Origin: an uncultured Gammaproteobacteria bacterium
GTDB lineage: Bacteria > Pseudomonadota > Gammaproteobacteria > Nitrosococcales > Methylophagaceae
DNA length: 64,000 nt
Assembly (NCBI GenBank): GCA_913042265.1
Contig: CAJWKF010000001.1
Location: 1,432-65,431, forward strand
Direction: 5' to 3'
Within the stretch, counting starts at the first letter, position 1, and every line of letters begins with the position of its first letter. The notes under the pieces are model-generated. The model searched no databases. It had not been told where the DNA came from and was given only the letters and a program-made list of their open reading frames with translations. Positions 33,410-44,116 of this stretch are shown here, in pieces. The position numbers and the translations under genes were made by a program.

Positions 33410-34591
33410 GTGTTGAACGACGATTTCCCTAGGATTAACCGCCTCCCGCCTTACGTATTCAATATTGTTAATGAATTGAAGGCGAAATCGCGTGCGCGCG
33501 GTGAGGATATAATTGATTTTGGTATGGGTAATCCGGATCGTCCAGCTCCGGCGCATATTATTGAAAAACTGACTGAAGCAGCTCGGCGTCCAGACACACA
33601 TAGATATTCAGTCTCTCGCGGTATTCCAAGACTGCGTAAGGCTATTTGTGATTGGTATCAACGCAAGTTTGATGTCACCTTAGATCCTGATACAGAAACG
33701 ATAGTCACAATTGGTTCTAAGGAAGGTTTAGCTCATCTAGCTTTAGCAACTGTAGGGCCTGGAGATGCAATTTTAGTTCCCAATCCTGCTTATCCCATAC
33801 ATCCGTATGGTTTTGTGATTTCTGGTGCTGATATTCGTCATGTGCCGCTTATTGAGGGTGGTGATTTTTTTGCTGAGTTAGAAAAATCAGTCAAGGACAC
33901 TTGGCCTAAGCCTAAAATGCTGGTGTTGAATTTCCCTGGTAACCCAACTACGCAGTGTGTTGACTTAGAGTTTTTTGAGCGGGTTGTAGCATTTGCCAAG
34001 GAGCATGAAATTTGGGTTGTGCATGATTTGGCTTATGGTGAAATAACATTCGATGGTTATAAAGCGCCGTCTATTTTGCAGGTACCGGGTGCAAAGGATG
34101 TTGCCGTTGAATCTTATACTTTATCAAAGACGTATAATATGCCTGGCTGGAGAGTGGGCTTTATGTCTGGGAATCCAACATTAGTAGCAGCATTAGCCAG
34201 AATGAAATCTTATTTGGATTATGGTATGTTCACGCCGATTCAAGTTGCTGCTATTGCAGCGCTTGATGGGCCGCAAGAATGTGTTGCTGAAGTAGTGGCT
34301 ACTTATAAAAGCCGTCGCGATGTACTTTGTGATGGTTTAAACAGTATAGGTTGGAAAGTTGAAAAGCCAAAAGCAACGATGTTTGTCTGGGCTAAAATTC
34401 CTGAAAAATATCGTGAAATGGGCTCTTTAGAGTTTACTAAAAAGTTATTGAAAGAAGCGAAAGTAGCTGTGTCACCGGGGATTGGCTTCGGTGAGTATGG
34501 GGATGATCACGTTCGTTTTGGTTTGATTGAAAATGAACATCGAACGCGTCAGGCGGTCCGTGGGATCCGTGACATGTTTAAAAAAGGCTAA
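33410..34591 (+). CDS. class I/II aminotransferase of the alanine-transaminase (AlaA/AlaC) type, first gene of an aminotransferase-hom-thrC operon
   Basis: N-terminus [13 protein letters not shown] and PLP-lysine region [13 protein letters not shown]. The real start is probably GTG 33410 or TTG 33413, not the track's 33350. Confidence 0.85.
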   Translation: MLNDDFPRINRLPPYVFNIVNELKAKSRARGEDIIDFGMGNPDRPAPAHIIEKLTEAARRPDTHRYSVSRGIPRLRKAICDWYQRKFDVTLDPDTETIVTIGSKEGLAHLALATVGPGDAILVPNPAYPIHPYGFVISGADIRHVPLIEGGDFFAELEKSVKDTWPKPKMLVLNFPGNPTTQCVDLEFFERVVAFAKEHEIWVVHDLAYGEITFDGYKAPSILQVPGAKDVAVESYTLSKTYNMPGWRVGFMSGNPTLVAALARMKSYLDYGMFTPIQVAAIAALDGPQECVAEVVATYKSRRDVLCDGLNSIGWKVEKPKATMFVWAKIPEKYREMGSLEFTKKLLKEAKVAVSPGIGFGEYGDDHVRFGLIENEHRTRQAVRGIRDMFKKG

Positions 34592-34602
34592 GGGGCAAGA
34601 TA

Positions 34603-35913
34603 GTGCAATCAGTAAAAATTGGGGTGCTGGGTTTAGGCACAGTCGGTAGTGGCACTGTTAATGTGTTGAGACGTAACATAAAAGAAATAACGCGTCGGGC
34701 AGGCAGAGATATTGAAATAACGCGTGCTGCAGATCGGACCATGGATAAAAAGAGAGGCTGCGATACGAGTGGTATTGATCTAACGACCGATGCATTTGAA
34801 ATCGTTAATGATCCAGAGATCCATGTTGTAGTTGAATTGATTGGTGGAACAGGTATAGCACGCGAGTTAGTTCTGACTGCTATTGAAAATGGTAAACATG
34901 TTATTACGGCTAATAAAGCTTTGATTGCCATACATGGCAACGAGTTGTTTGCTAAAGCACAAGAAAAAGGAGTAACAATTGCCTTTGAAGCTGCTGTTGC
35001 TGGGGGCATACCAATTATTAAAGCAATGCGTGAGGGTTTGTCAGCCAACCGCATCGAGTGGTTGGCAGGTATCATTAATGGTACCGGAAATTATATTTTA
35101 ACCGAGATGCGTGACAAGGGACGCGATTTTCCTGATGTCTTAGCTGAAGCACAAGCTCTGGGTTACGCAGAAGCAGATCCAACATTTGACGTTGAAGGGG
35201 TCGACGCTGCTCATAAGCTAACGATTATGGCATCGATTGCATTTGGTATTCCTTTACAATTTGATAAGGCCTATACCGAGGGTATTAGTAAAGTTGCACA
35301 AGAAGACGTGCAGTATGCCGCAGAATTAGGATATATAATTAAGCATATGGGCATTACTAAACAGGCTGAGTGTGGTATTGAACTTCGCGTTCATCCAACC
35401 TTGATTCCTCAACGCCGTTTAATTGCTAATGTCGATGGTGTAATGAATGCAGTACTAATTAAAGGTGATGCAGTCGGGCCAACGTTATATTATGGGGCAG
35501 GGGCTGGATCAGATGCTACAGCATCAGCAGTGGTAGCAGATATTGTAGATGTAGTCCGTGTGTTGACTACGGATCCCGAAAATCGTGTCCCACATTTAGC
35601 ATTTCAACCTGATGCTATTTTGGATATGCCTATTCTGCCAATTCATGATGTAACCACGTCTTACTACTTACGTATTCATACAGATGATGAACCTGGTGTA
35701 TTGGCAGATATTACGCGTATTTTGGCAGAGCAAAAGATTAGCATTGAAGCGATTTTGCAAAAAGAGCCTGAAGATCATAACGGCATTGTACCGGTAATTA
35801 TGTTGACTCAAAAAGTGGTTGAGAAAAATATGGATTCAGCCATTAAGGATATCGAAGCATTGAAGACAGTGAAAGATTCCGTGATGCGGATCCGGATGGA
35901 ATCTTTAGATTAG
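34603..35913 (+). CDS. hom: homoserine dehydrogenase
   Basis: GLGTVGSG Rossmann motif, catalytic core and C-terminal ACT domain. Size 436 aa. Confidence 0.95.
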   Translation: MQSVKIGVLGLGTVGSGTVNVLRRNIKEITRRAGRDIEITRAADRTMDKKRGCDTSGIDLTTDAFEIVNDPEIHVVVELIGGTGIARELVLTAIENGKHVITANKALIAIHGNELFAKAQEKGVTIAFEAAVAGGIPIIKAMREGLSANRIEWLAGIINGTGNYILTEMRDKGRDFPDVLAEAQALGYAEADPTFDVEGVDAAHKLTIMASIAFGIPLQFDKAYTEGISKVAQEDVQYAAELGYIIKHMGITKQAECGIELRVHPTLIPQRRLIANVDGVMNAVLIKGDAVGPTLYYGAGAGSDATASAVVADIVDVVRVLTTDPENRVPHLAFQPDAILDMPILPIHDVTTSYYLRIHTDDEPGVLADITRILAEQKISIEAILQKEPEDHNGIVPVIMLTQKVVEKNMDSAIKDIEALKTVKDSVMRIRMESLD

Positions 35914-35962
35914 TTTGTTGTTTAACTAATCAGAACTAGAATATATTTAAGAGGAAAAAATT

Positions 35963-37108
35963 ATGCCATTTCGACCACGTTATACGGGTTTGATTGATAA
36001 ATATCGCGATCGTCTGCCGGTCAGTGAGCATACCCGTTTAATTAGTTTGGGTGAGGGCAATACGCCATTGTTAAAACTGGACAATATTCCAGGTTTAACC
36101 GGCAAAAATGTTGATCTTTATGTCAAGTACGAAGGTTTAAATCCGACGGGTTCGTTCAAAGACCGTGGTATGACGATGGCAGTAACCAAAGCCGTTGAAG
36201 AAGGGAGTAAGGCAATCATATGTGCTTCTACAGGTAATACATCTGCAGCAGCAGCAGCATACGCTGCGCGAGCTGGAATTACAGCATTTGTACTGATTCC
36301 TGATGGTAAAATTTCTTTGGGTAAATTAGCGCAAGCGATGATGCATGGCGCGACTGTGATTCAAATAAAAGGCAACTTTGATGAAGGAATGCAGTTGGTT
36401 AAGGATGTGGCTAAAGAAGCCCCAGTGACGATTGTTAATTCAATTAATCCTTATCGCCTTCAAGGGCAGAAAACAGCGGCATTTGAGATTGTTGAAGAGT
36501 TGGGTGAAGCCCCCGATTATCATTGTTTGCCTGTTGGCAATGCCGGTAATATTACGGCACATTGGATCGGCTATTCTGAATATGCCTGCAAGTCTGGAGA
36601 TAAAGTTACTGAATCATGTGCTTTTTGTGAAGGTGATTGTAAGTTTGCGAAAGAAATTGTTGGAACTAAACGTCCGAAAATGCTTGGTTATCAAGCCACT
36701 GGTTCTGCACCATTTATGAGAGGTAAAATGGTTGATACTCCTGAGACAATTGCGACAGCAATTCGTATTGGTCATCCGCAAAGTTGGGAAAGAGCTTGGA
36801 TAGTTAAGGAAGAGTCAGGAGGGTGGTTTGATGAATGTACTGATGAAGCTATTCTTTCAGCACAAAAGTTATTGGCCGAGCAAGAAGGAATTTTCTGCGA
36901 ACCTGCTTCTGCAGCATCAGTTGCTGGTGCGTTGAATGATATTACAACGGGTAAAATCCCAGAAGGTAGTACTGTTGTTTGTACATTAACAGGCCATGGC
37001 CTGAAAGACCCTGATATAGCAATTCAGCAAAGTACGTCGCCCATGGTAACTGTTGAAGCTAAATTAGGTGCCGTGCGAGATGCCATTATGGAGAATATGC
37101 CAAAATAA
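35963..37108 (+). CDS. thrC: threonine synthase (short type) with a Cys-rich insertion
   Basis: PLP-lysine motif NPTGSFKDRGM, ASTGNTSAAAAAYAA and NAGNITA. An insertion CKSGDKVTESCAFCEGDCKF lies at aa 209-226. Confidence 0.95.
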   Translation: MPFRPRYTGLIDKYRDRLPVSEHTRLISLGEGNTPLLKLDNIPGLTGKNVDLYVKYEGLNPTGSFKDRGMTMAVTKAVEEGSKAIICASTGNTSAAAAAYAARAGITAFVLIPDGKISLGKLAQAMMHGATVIQIKGNFDEGMQLVKDVAKEAPVTIVNSINPYRLQGQKTAAFEIVEELGEAPDYHCLPVGNAGNITAHWIGYSEYACKSGDKVTESCAFCEGDCKFAKEIVGTKRPKMLGYQATGSAPFMRGKMVDTPETIATAIRIGHPQSWERAWIVKEESGGWFDECTDEAILSAQKLLAEQEGIFCEPASAASVAGALNDITTGKIPEGSTVVCTLTGHGLKDPDIAIQQSTSPMVTVEAKLGAVRDAIMENMPK

Positions 37109-37145
37109 CCAAGTAGGTCTTTAAATACATTGGGATGAATGATTG

Positions 37146-38315
37146 TTACTTTAAGCAGCGGACATTCAGTACACCGTCAATAGCATTTATTTCATCGATT
37201 ACAACCTGAGGTAGTTTTGCTTCTATATCGATTAAAGTGTACGCGGCTTCATTCAGAGATTTATTTAACATGTCGATAATGTTAATTTCAGCTTTTGCAA
37301 TAGCATTAGTGATAGGGCCAATTATATTAGGCATGTTTTTATGAGCAATAGTTAGACGGTGTTGCCCCGGTGTTTTCGCCATTTTAATCGTTGGGAAGTT
37401 AACAGCATTAGAAATATTACCATTTTCTAGATAATCTTTGACTTGCTCGGCAACCATGATCGCACAATTTTCTTCAGCTTCAGCTGTTGAAGCACCAAGG
37501 TGAGGTAACGTAATCACCTTGGGGGATGTTTTAAGTAAATTACTCGGGAAATCACAGATATAAGCCTGGACTTTCCCGCTATTCAATGCACGCACAACAG
37601 CCTCATCATCAACAATCCCGGCTCGAGAAAAATTAAGGATAGTGACGTTATCACGCATATTGATTAGGCGATCAGCATTGATCATATTACGCGTGGCATC
37701 CATCAAAGGAACATGAAAAGTGACAAAGTCACACTGGCTTAATAAATCATCAATACTCCCAGCATGTTCGACCTGGTGGGAAAGTTGCCAAGCGGCTTGA
37801 ACCGTGATTTTAGGATCGAAGCCAACTACTCGCATACCTAATGCAATTGCTGTATTGGCAACTTTAATTCCGATAGCACCAAGACCCACAACACCAATGG
37901 TTTTTCCGGGTAATTCAAAACCAACAAAGTTTTTTTTCCCAGCTTCAACCTGCTTGGTTATTTCTGCATCAGAGCCTTCGACTCCACGAGAGAAATCCCA
38001 TGCCTGACAGATATTACGGGCACTAAGTAGCATGCCTGTTAAAACTAATTCTTGTACGGCATTAGAATTAGCACCTGGAGCATTGAAAACTGGTATACCT
38101 CTTGTGGTCATATCATCTACGGGAATATTGTTAACCCCTGCTCCGGCACGACCAATAGCTTGTAATGTGTCTGGCACATCCCAGTCATGCATTTTAAATG
38201 AGCGAACCAATACGGCATCGGGATGTTGCACCTCAGATGCAACCTCATAATTTTCACGAGGTAAGCGTTCTAAGCCTGTGATAGAAATATTATTTAACGT
38301 GAGAACTTTAAACAT
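37146..38315 (-). CDS. serA: D-3-phosphoglycerate dehydrogenase
   Basis: 2-hydroxyacid dehydrogenase fold (GVVGLGAIG) plus a C-terminal ACT domain, directly downstream of serC. Confidence 0.9.
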   Translation of the reverse strand: MFKVLTLNNISITGLERLPRENYEVASEVQHPDAVLVRSFKMHDWDVPDTLQAIGRAGAGVNNIPVDDMTTRGIPVFNAPGANSNAVQELVLTGMLLSARNICQAWDFSRGVEGSDAEITKQVEAGKKNFVGFELPGKTIGVVGLGAIGIKVANTAIALGMRVVGFDPKITVQAAWQLSHQVEHAGSIDDLLSQCDFVTFHVPLMDATRNMINADRLINMRDNVTILNFSRAGIVDDEAVVRALNSGKVQAYICDFPSNLLKTSPKVITLPHLGASTAEAEENCAIMVAEQVKDYLENGNISNAVNFPTIKMAKTPGQHRLTIAHKNMPNIIGPITNAIAKAEINIIDMLNKSLNEAAYTLIDIEAKLPQVVIDEINAIDGVLNVRCLK

Positions 38316-38369
38316 CTGGGTACCTTATTTGGATGGAGTGGCAACTATAAGCATCTTATAAATGTGGTC

Positions 38370-39452
38370 TTATCTATTTTGTTTTGCAAATTCCTGCATG
38401 TAAGTAATCAAAGCATCGACACCTTCTTCAGGCATAGCATTATAAATACTAGCTCGCATACCACCGACACTGCGATGTCCTTTTAGCGTTAACAAACCAG
38501 CAGTTTTAGCACCGGTTAAAAAATCAGCATCTAGTTCAGAATTGTTCAGTGTGAATGGAATATTCATCCAAGAGCGGTACTGCTTTTCAACAGGGTTTTG
38601 ATAAAAACCTGAGTTATCAATGGCTGAATACAGTTTTTCTGCTTTGTGTTGGTTGATGTCCCCCATAGCTTTTAAACCACCTAGCTTTATTAACCACTGG
38701 AAAACTAAACCAGCAATATATAAAGCATATGTGGGCGGTGTATTATACATGGAGTCATTATCGGCTTGTATTTTGTAATCAAGTGTAATTGGTGTGTGTG
38801 GTATGGAGTTACCAATTAAATCGTCACGAACAATAACGAGTGTTAAACCTGCTGGGCCTATATTTTTTTGGGCACCTGCATAGATTAGTCCAAAGCGCGA
38901 TACGTCAATAGGACGAGATAAGATCGTTGATGATAAATCTACGACTAAAGGTACATCACCTGTATCAGGTATGTCATCAAACTCAACACCACCAATTGTT
39001 TCATTAGCTGTGTAGTGAACGTATGCCGCATCTGGGTCTAGCTTCCAAGCTGACTTGTTTGGGACAGTAGAAAAATTACTCTCTTCTGAACTAGCGACAA
39101 CATTAACGTCACAATATCGTTTGGCTTCTTTAATTGCTTTTTTTGACCATTGGCCGGTGTTAAAATAATCTGCTGATGTTTTGCCACGTAACAGGTTCAT
39201 CGGAATAGAACTGAACTGACCTGAAGCACCACCTTGAAGAAACAGCACTTTGTAGTTTTCTGGGATAGCCATCACTTCACGTAAATCCGCTTCGGCTTTG
39301 TTTGCAATAGAGGTGAATTCTTTACCTCGATGACTCATTTCCATCACATTCATACCCGAGCCATTCCAATTTAAGAATTCTTGTTCAGCTTGTTGTATAA
39401 CGGCAATAGGAATCATTGCGGGTCCGGCACTAAAATTGAATATGCGTGACAT
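38370..39452 (-). CDS. serC: phosphoserine aminotransferase
   Basis: IFNFSAGPAM N-terminus and full-length SerC-like sequence of 360 aa. Confidence 0.95.
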   Translation of the reverse strand: MSRIFNFSAGPAMIPIAVIQQAEQEFLNWNGSGMNVMEMSHRGKEFTSIANKAEADLREVMAIPENYKVLFLQGGASGQFSSIPMNLLRGKTSADYFNTGQWSKKAIKEAKRYCDVNVVASSEESNFSTVPNKSAWKLDPDAAYVHYTANETIGGVEFDDIPDTGDVPLVVDLSSTILSRPIDVSRFGLIYAGAQKNIGPAGLTLVIVRDDLIGNSIPHTPITLDYKIQADNDSMYNTPPTYALYIAGLVFQWLIKLGGLKAMGDINQHKAEKLYSAIDNSGFYQNPVEKQYRSWMNIPFTLNNSELDADFLTGAKTAGLLTLKGHRSVGGMRASIYNAMPEEGVDALITYMQEFAKQNR

Positions 39453-39622
39453 GTAAAACCCTTAAAAGTAATTAATAAAAATTCGTTAGTATAACAAAAA
39501 AATACCTATCCATGAGGTGTAGGCTGGTTATTTTTTCTTTAGAAGAGCGAAGCCTTAATTTAAAGTTACATGGTCAATCGAGATGAAGGAAAGAATCATC
39601 ATTTTTCTCATTTTTAACTAGC

Positions 39623-40786
39623 CTAGCTATCAGGTAGGAACAATTCAATTAAACTATTCAAATAACGTTGGCCTTTTTCAGTTGGGCATATACGATGAAT
39701 GTCCCAAGTGACTAACTCCTGCTGTTCAGCTTTCTGTAATGCTTTATCAATATGCGATATCGGTAAACCTACATGTTGGTAAAAGAGAGGAGTAGGAAAT
39801 CCATCTGTTAGTCTTAATGCGTTGAGCATGAATTCAAACCCAATGTCTCGGGTAGTGATGATTTCGTTAGTTAAAATCGATGCTTCTGTGCCAGCTAAAT
39901 CGATATAAGCTTGTGGTTGCTTTTGTTTTGAGCGACGTGTGATCGATTGTTTGGCAGCATCACTAATTTTCCCATGTGCGCCAGCTCCAATGCCTAAGTA
40001 ATCTCCAAATTGCCAGTAATTCACATTGTGCTGGCATTGTCTTTTATTTTTAGCATAGGCCGAGACTTCATACTGGGTATAACCAGCTTTACTGAGTCGA
40101 TGTTGGCTGTCAATTTGCCAATCAAAAATAGGGTCATCATCGGGCAATGTGGGTGGCCGCTTGTGGAAGAGCGTATTGGGTTCAATTGTCAGCTGATAAT
40201 AAGAGAGGTGCGCTGGTTCAAGTGCAAGGGCAGTTTCAATATCTTCGCGAGCAGTTTTCTCTGTTTGGTGGGGTAGGCCAAACATTAAATCTAAGTTAAA
40301 GTTTTCAAAACCTACTTTTTGCGCTGTTTCAACAGCTCTGATAGCTTGTTGCCCATCATGAATACGGCCAAGGGCTTGTAATGAATCATTGTTAAAACTT
40401 TGAATACCGATAGACAACCGATTGATGCCTAGTGATAAATAATCAGCAAAGCGCTCTTGTTCAAATGTACCGGGGTTAGCTTCTAATGTAATTTCAGCAT
40501 TGTGACTTATTGGCAGAAGAGCACGAAGTGAGGAAAATAATCGGTCATAAGCTTTTGCAGAAAATAAACTTGGTGTACCACCACCAATAAAAACAGTTTT
40601 GATAGTACGGCCCCAAATATTTGGTACCTCTTGCTCTAAATCCCGAATCAAGGCGTCGATATAGTCATTTTCCGGTAATACTTCAGGGGATTTATGAGAG
40701 TTAAAGTCACAATAGGGACATTTTTTGACACACCACGGTATGTGAATATACAAACTAAGAGGGGGAAGGGTTGTGAGGTTAAACAT
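39623..40786 (-). CDS. hemW: radical SAM heme chaperone HemW (HemN-like)
   Basis: Radical SAM motif CVKKCPYCDF near the N-terminus. Size 387 aa, downstream of rdgB as in many Proteobacteria. Confidence 0.9.
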   Translation of the reverse strand: MFNLTTLPPLSLYIHIPWCVKKCPYCDFNSHKSPEVLPENDYIDALIRDLEQEVPNIWGRTIKTVFIGGGTPSLFSAKAYDRLFSSLRALLPISHNAEITLEANPGTFEQERFADYLSLGINRLSIGIQSFNNDSLQALGRIHDGQQAIRAVETAQKVGFENFNLDLMFGLPHQTEKTAREDIETALALEPAHLSYYQLTIEPNTLFHKRPPTLPDDDPIFDWQIDSQHRLSKAGYTQYEVSAYAKNKRQCQHNVNYWQFGDYLGIGAGAHGKISDAAKQSITRRSKQKQPQAYIDLAGTEASILTNEIITTRDIGFEFMLNALRLTDGFPTPLFYQHVGLPISHIDKALQKAEQQELVTWDIHRICPTEKGQRYLNSLIELFLPDS

Positions 40787-40791
40787 TTGTT

Positions 40792-41400
40792 TTATTTATG
40801 CTCAATCTTATGGCTCTTTAAGTACCCTAATAATTGGCGTATAGCTTTGCCTCGGTGGCTGACTGTGTACTTCTGATGTGAGGTCAGTTCGGCAGCACTA
40901 CAGTTTGATTCTTGGACCCAAAAGATAGGGTCATAGCCAAATCCTCCTAAACCTACGGGAGCTAGCAATATTTTACCTTCCCAACTCGCTTGACAGATTA
41001 TTGGTGTTGGATCTTCAGCATGACTAAGATAGACAATGACACATTGATAACGGGCTGTGCGCTTTGGTTCCGGAATGTCTTTCAATGCGTCTAGTAAAGC
41101 CTGCAAATTTTGTTGATTTGATGCACCAATTCCTGAGTAGCGTGCTGAATAAATGCCAGGCTCACCGTTTAAGGCATCGACTTCAATACCCGAGTCATCG
41201 GCGATAGCAGGTAAACCTGTATATAGACAGGCATGTCGTGCTTTGATAATGGCATTTTCTACAAAAGTTAAGCCAGTTTCTTCTGCTTCACTGACATTAA
41301 AGTCAGATTGAGGAATGATATCCATGTCTAGCTCACTCAATGGCGCTGAGAACTCTTTTAATTTTCCGACATTACCGCTAGCCAAAACGATTTTAGACAT
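40792..41400 (-). CDS. rdgB: dITP/XTP pyrophosphatase
   Basis: KIVLASGNVGKLKEF start and Ham1-family sequence. ATG 41400 is preferred. Confidence 0.93.
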   Translation of the reverse strand: MSKIVLASGNVGKLKEFSAPLSELDMDIIPQSDFNVSEAEETGLTFVENAIIKARHACLYTGLPAIADDSGIEVDALNGEPGIYSARYSGIGASNQQNLQALLDALKDIPEPKRTARYQCVIVYLSHAEDPTPIICQASWEGKILLAPVGLGGFGYDPIFWVQESNCSAAELTSHQKYTVSHRGKAIRQLLGYLKSHKIEHK

Positions 41401-41401
41401 T

Positions 41402-42118
41402 TTAATCTGCGAGCGCCTCACGCTGATTCTGCATCAAAGTTTTGATACCATCACTAGCTAGTGCCAGCATAGCTTGCAACTCTTCTGGACGAAAAGCATG
41501 GCCTTCTGCTGTACCTTGTAGTTCGATATAAGCCCCCGAGTCATTCATCACAACATTCATATCGGTTTCGGCATTCGAGTCTTCATCGTAGTCAAGGTCA
41601 AGTACGGGTGTGCCTTTGTAAATACCTACTGAGACGGAAGCGATTTGACCATGGAGGGGATTTTTTTTGATTTTCTTTTTTTTGATTAAAAAGTTAATAG
41701 CATCTTGTAGTGCAACAAATGCACCGGTAATAGAAGCTGTTCTGGTACCGCCATCGGCTTGAATCACATCACAGTCAATTGTGATACTACGTTCACCTAA
41801 GGCTTTTAAATCAACAGCAGCGCGTAATGAACGTCCAATTAAACGCTGAATTTCCATAGTGCGTCCACTTTGTTTACCCCGGGAAGCTTCACGTGCCATT
41901 CTGCTACCAGTTGAACGAGGTAGCATCCCATACTCTGCTGTAACCCAACCTTCATTTTTACCTCTTAAGAAGCCAGGAACTTTTTCTTCTACCGAGGCTG
42001 TACACAATACCTTAGTATCACCAAATTCAACGAGAACGGATCCTTCAGCATGTTTGGTGTAATGCCGAGTAATAGTGATGTTTCTTAGATCATTGGGCTG
42101 ACGACCGCTTGGGCGCAT
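41402..42118 (-). CDS. rph: ribonuclease PH
   Basis: MRPSGR...LR N-terminus and [19 protein letters not shown] motif. Size 238 aa. Confidence 0.97.
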   Translation of the reverse strand: MRPSGRQPNDLRNITITRHYTKHAEGSVLVEFGDTKVLCTASVEEKVPGFLRGKNEGWVTAEYGMLPRSTGSRMAREASRGKQSGRTMEIQRLIGRSLRAAVDLKALGERSITIDCDVIQADGGTRTASITGAFVALQDAINFLIKKKKIKKNPLHGQIASVSVGIYKGTPVLDLDYDEDSNAETDMNVVMNDSGAYIELQGTAEGHAFRPEELQAMLALASDGIKTLMQNQREALAD

Positions 42119-42223
42119 AGTGGGAATTCCTTAGATGTATAAAAAAACTATTATACTTGTCTACTATCTTATTAAGTGTGCTTTTCGTTAAGATGTGACT
42201 TTTAAACTAATCTGGATGAAAGC

Positions 42224-43090
42224 GTGACGAGAAGTATGACGGCATTTGCTCGCCAAGAAGAGCAAACTGAACTAGGCGAGTTAACCTGTGAAGTACGATC
42301 AGTGAATCATCGCTATTTAGAAATTTCACTACGTCTTGATGAATGCTTTCGTTCCCTAGAGATGCCTATTCGTAAGTTATTTGCTGAGAAATTATCGCGT
42401 GGAAAAATAGATGTTGTATTACGTTACAAGGCACTAGAGGCAGACTTGTCTAGTGTGTGTATAGATCATAACTTAGCAAAGTCTGTAGTCGAAAACTGTG
42501 AGGTTATCGCAGAGCTATCGACCCAAGCTGCTCCGATTGATCCGGTGAAAGTATTGCAGTGGCCCGGTGTATTGAAAGCAGAAAGTTTGGATCAAGTTGC
42601 ATTGCATAACTCGATAATGACATTGGTGCGGAGCGCTATTGATGAATTAATTGTGACGCGTGAGACGGAGGGTACAGCTCTAAAAACAATGATTGCGCAA
42701 CGTTGCGAGCAAATTGATGGTATTGCTAGAGAAGTAAGACGACGAATGCCCGAAATTTTGATAGAGCATCAACAGCGTTTGCAGAATCGGATTGATGAAT
42801 TAAAGGTAAGTCTTGACCCTGAACGCCTAGAACAAGAAATGGTGTTGTTGGCCCAAAAAAGTGATGTTGCCGAAGAATTAGATAGGCTGGAAAGTCATGT
42901 GGTTGAAGTACAAAATGTACTACAACGTAATGAGCCTATAGGGAGGCGACTGGATTTTTTGATGCAGGAGTTAAATAGAGAAGCTAATACCTTGGGATCG
43001 AAATCCATCAATACGGAGACGACCAATCACACAGTGCAGTTAAAAGTACTGATTGAACAGATGCGAGAACAAATTCAGAATATTGAATAA
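42224..43090 (+). CDS. yicC: YicC-family stress-induced protein
   Basis: MTRSMTAFAR...RSVNHRYLE N-terminus and LNREANTLGSK C-terminal motif. Divergent from rph. Confidence 0.9.
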   Translation: MTRSMTAFARQEEQTELGELTCEVRSVNHRYLEISLRLDECFRSLEMPIRKLFAEKLSRGKIDVVLRYKALEADLSSVCIDHNLAKSVVENCEVIAELSTQAAPIDPVKVLQWPGVLKAESLDQVALHNSIMTLVRSAIDELIVTRETEGTALKTMIAQRCEQIDGIAREVRRRMPEILIEHQQRLQNRIDELKVSLDPERLEQEMVLLAQKSDVAEELDRLESHVVEVQNVLQRNEPIGRRLDFLMQELNREANTLGSKSINTETTNHTVQLKVLIEQMREQIQNIE

Positions 43091-43200
43091 TGCTTTGAAG
43101 GTGTGCGCAAACCCTGTAAACAATTTTTTAGTATAATTGTTACTTTTTTTAGCTGTTATCCTTAAGGCAAGTTTGTGAATTTACTGATGGAATTTAGCTT

Positions 43201-43812
43201 ATGTTAGGTAGCCTTTTTATTGTAGCTGCTCCCTCGGGAGCAGGAAAAACCAGTTTGGTTAATGCGCTGGTTGAGCAACAAAATAATATAGCCTTATCTG
43301 TATCTCACACCACTCGAGCAGCGCGCGATGGTGAAGTTGCTGGCAAAGATTATTTTTTTGTTAGTCCAGGAGTATTCAGCAATATGCAGGCTCGTGGTGA
43401 TTTTTTAGAGTCAGCGACCGTATTTGACCATTCCTATGGTACCTCTTCTGAGGCTGTTTTTGAGCAATTGAAAGCGGGTATTGATGTTATTTTAGAGATT
43501 GATTGGCAGGGTGCGGAACAAGTTAGAAATAATTACCCCAAGAGCGCTAGTATCTTTATTTTACCTCCATCAAAGAAAGCATTAGAACAACGTCTTCGTG
43601 GAAGGGGTCAAGATGACTCTGCTGTTATTGAGCGTCGCATGCGAGATGCCGAAAATGAGATCTCACATTATGTGCAATTTGACTATTTGATTGTTAATGA
43701 TGACTTTGATAAGGCATTGGTAGAATTGACTACTATCATTTCCGCAAGACGACAATCAATGGCGATTCAAAAAGATGTGCATGCCTCACTGTTAAAGACA
43801 TTACTAGCTTAA
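43201..43812 (+). CDS. gmk: guanylate kinase
   Basis: P-loop APSGAGKTSL and full-length Gmk-like sequence. Confidence 0.95.
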   Translation: MLGSLFIVAAPSGAGKTSLVNALVEQQNNIALSVSHTTRAARDGEVAGKDYFFVSPGVFSNMQARGDFLESATVFDHSYGTSSEAVFEQLKAGIDVILEIDWQGAEQVRNNYPKSASIFILPPSKKALEQRLRGRGQDDSAVIERRMRDAENEISHYVQFDYLIVNDDFDKALVELTTIISARRQSMAIQKDVHASLLKTLLA

Positions 43813-43860
43813 GTATGTAATTTTTCGTAGAATATAACGTTTTGGTTTTAGGAAAATATC

Positions 43861-44112
43861 ATGGCACGCACAACAGTAGAAGATTGTTTAGAAAACGTAG
43901 AAAATCGTTTCCAATTGGTATTGATCGCATCAAAACGAGCGCGTGAGATTGCCATGGGATCTGACCCTTTGGTTGAACGCGAAAATGACAAGCCGACCGT
44001 GCTTGCTCTGCGAGAGATTGCTGAAGGTTTGACTGATGCGAGTATTTTAGAGAAAAAAGCCAAGCCAGAAGAAGTTGTACAAGCGAAAGAAAACATTCCT
44101 CTAGTAGAATAA
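43861..44112 (+). CDS. rpoZ: RNA polymerase omega subunit
   Basis: [10 protein letters not shown]...[14 protein letters not shown]. Size 83 aa, in gmk-rpoZ-spoT order. Confidence 0.95.
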   Translation: MARTTVEDCLENVENRFQLVLIASKRAREIAMGSDPLVERENDKPTVLALREIAEGLTDASILEKKAKPEEVVQAKENIPLVE

Positions 44113-44116
44113 TATA

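Noticed and set aside
34578-35075. 165-aa ORF antisense to the start of hom. Similar long shadow ORFs occur at 27954..28364, 52199..52636, 57221..57679, 10664..11017, 3402..3722 and 26069..26425.
   Set aside because: Each lies entirely inside a well-supported, motif-bearing gene on the opposite strand. They have low-complexity or odd composition (Ser/Pro/Ala/Thr-rich), no recognisable motifs and no plausible RBS context. They are typical antisense-frame artefacts.
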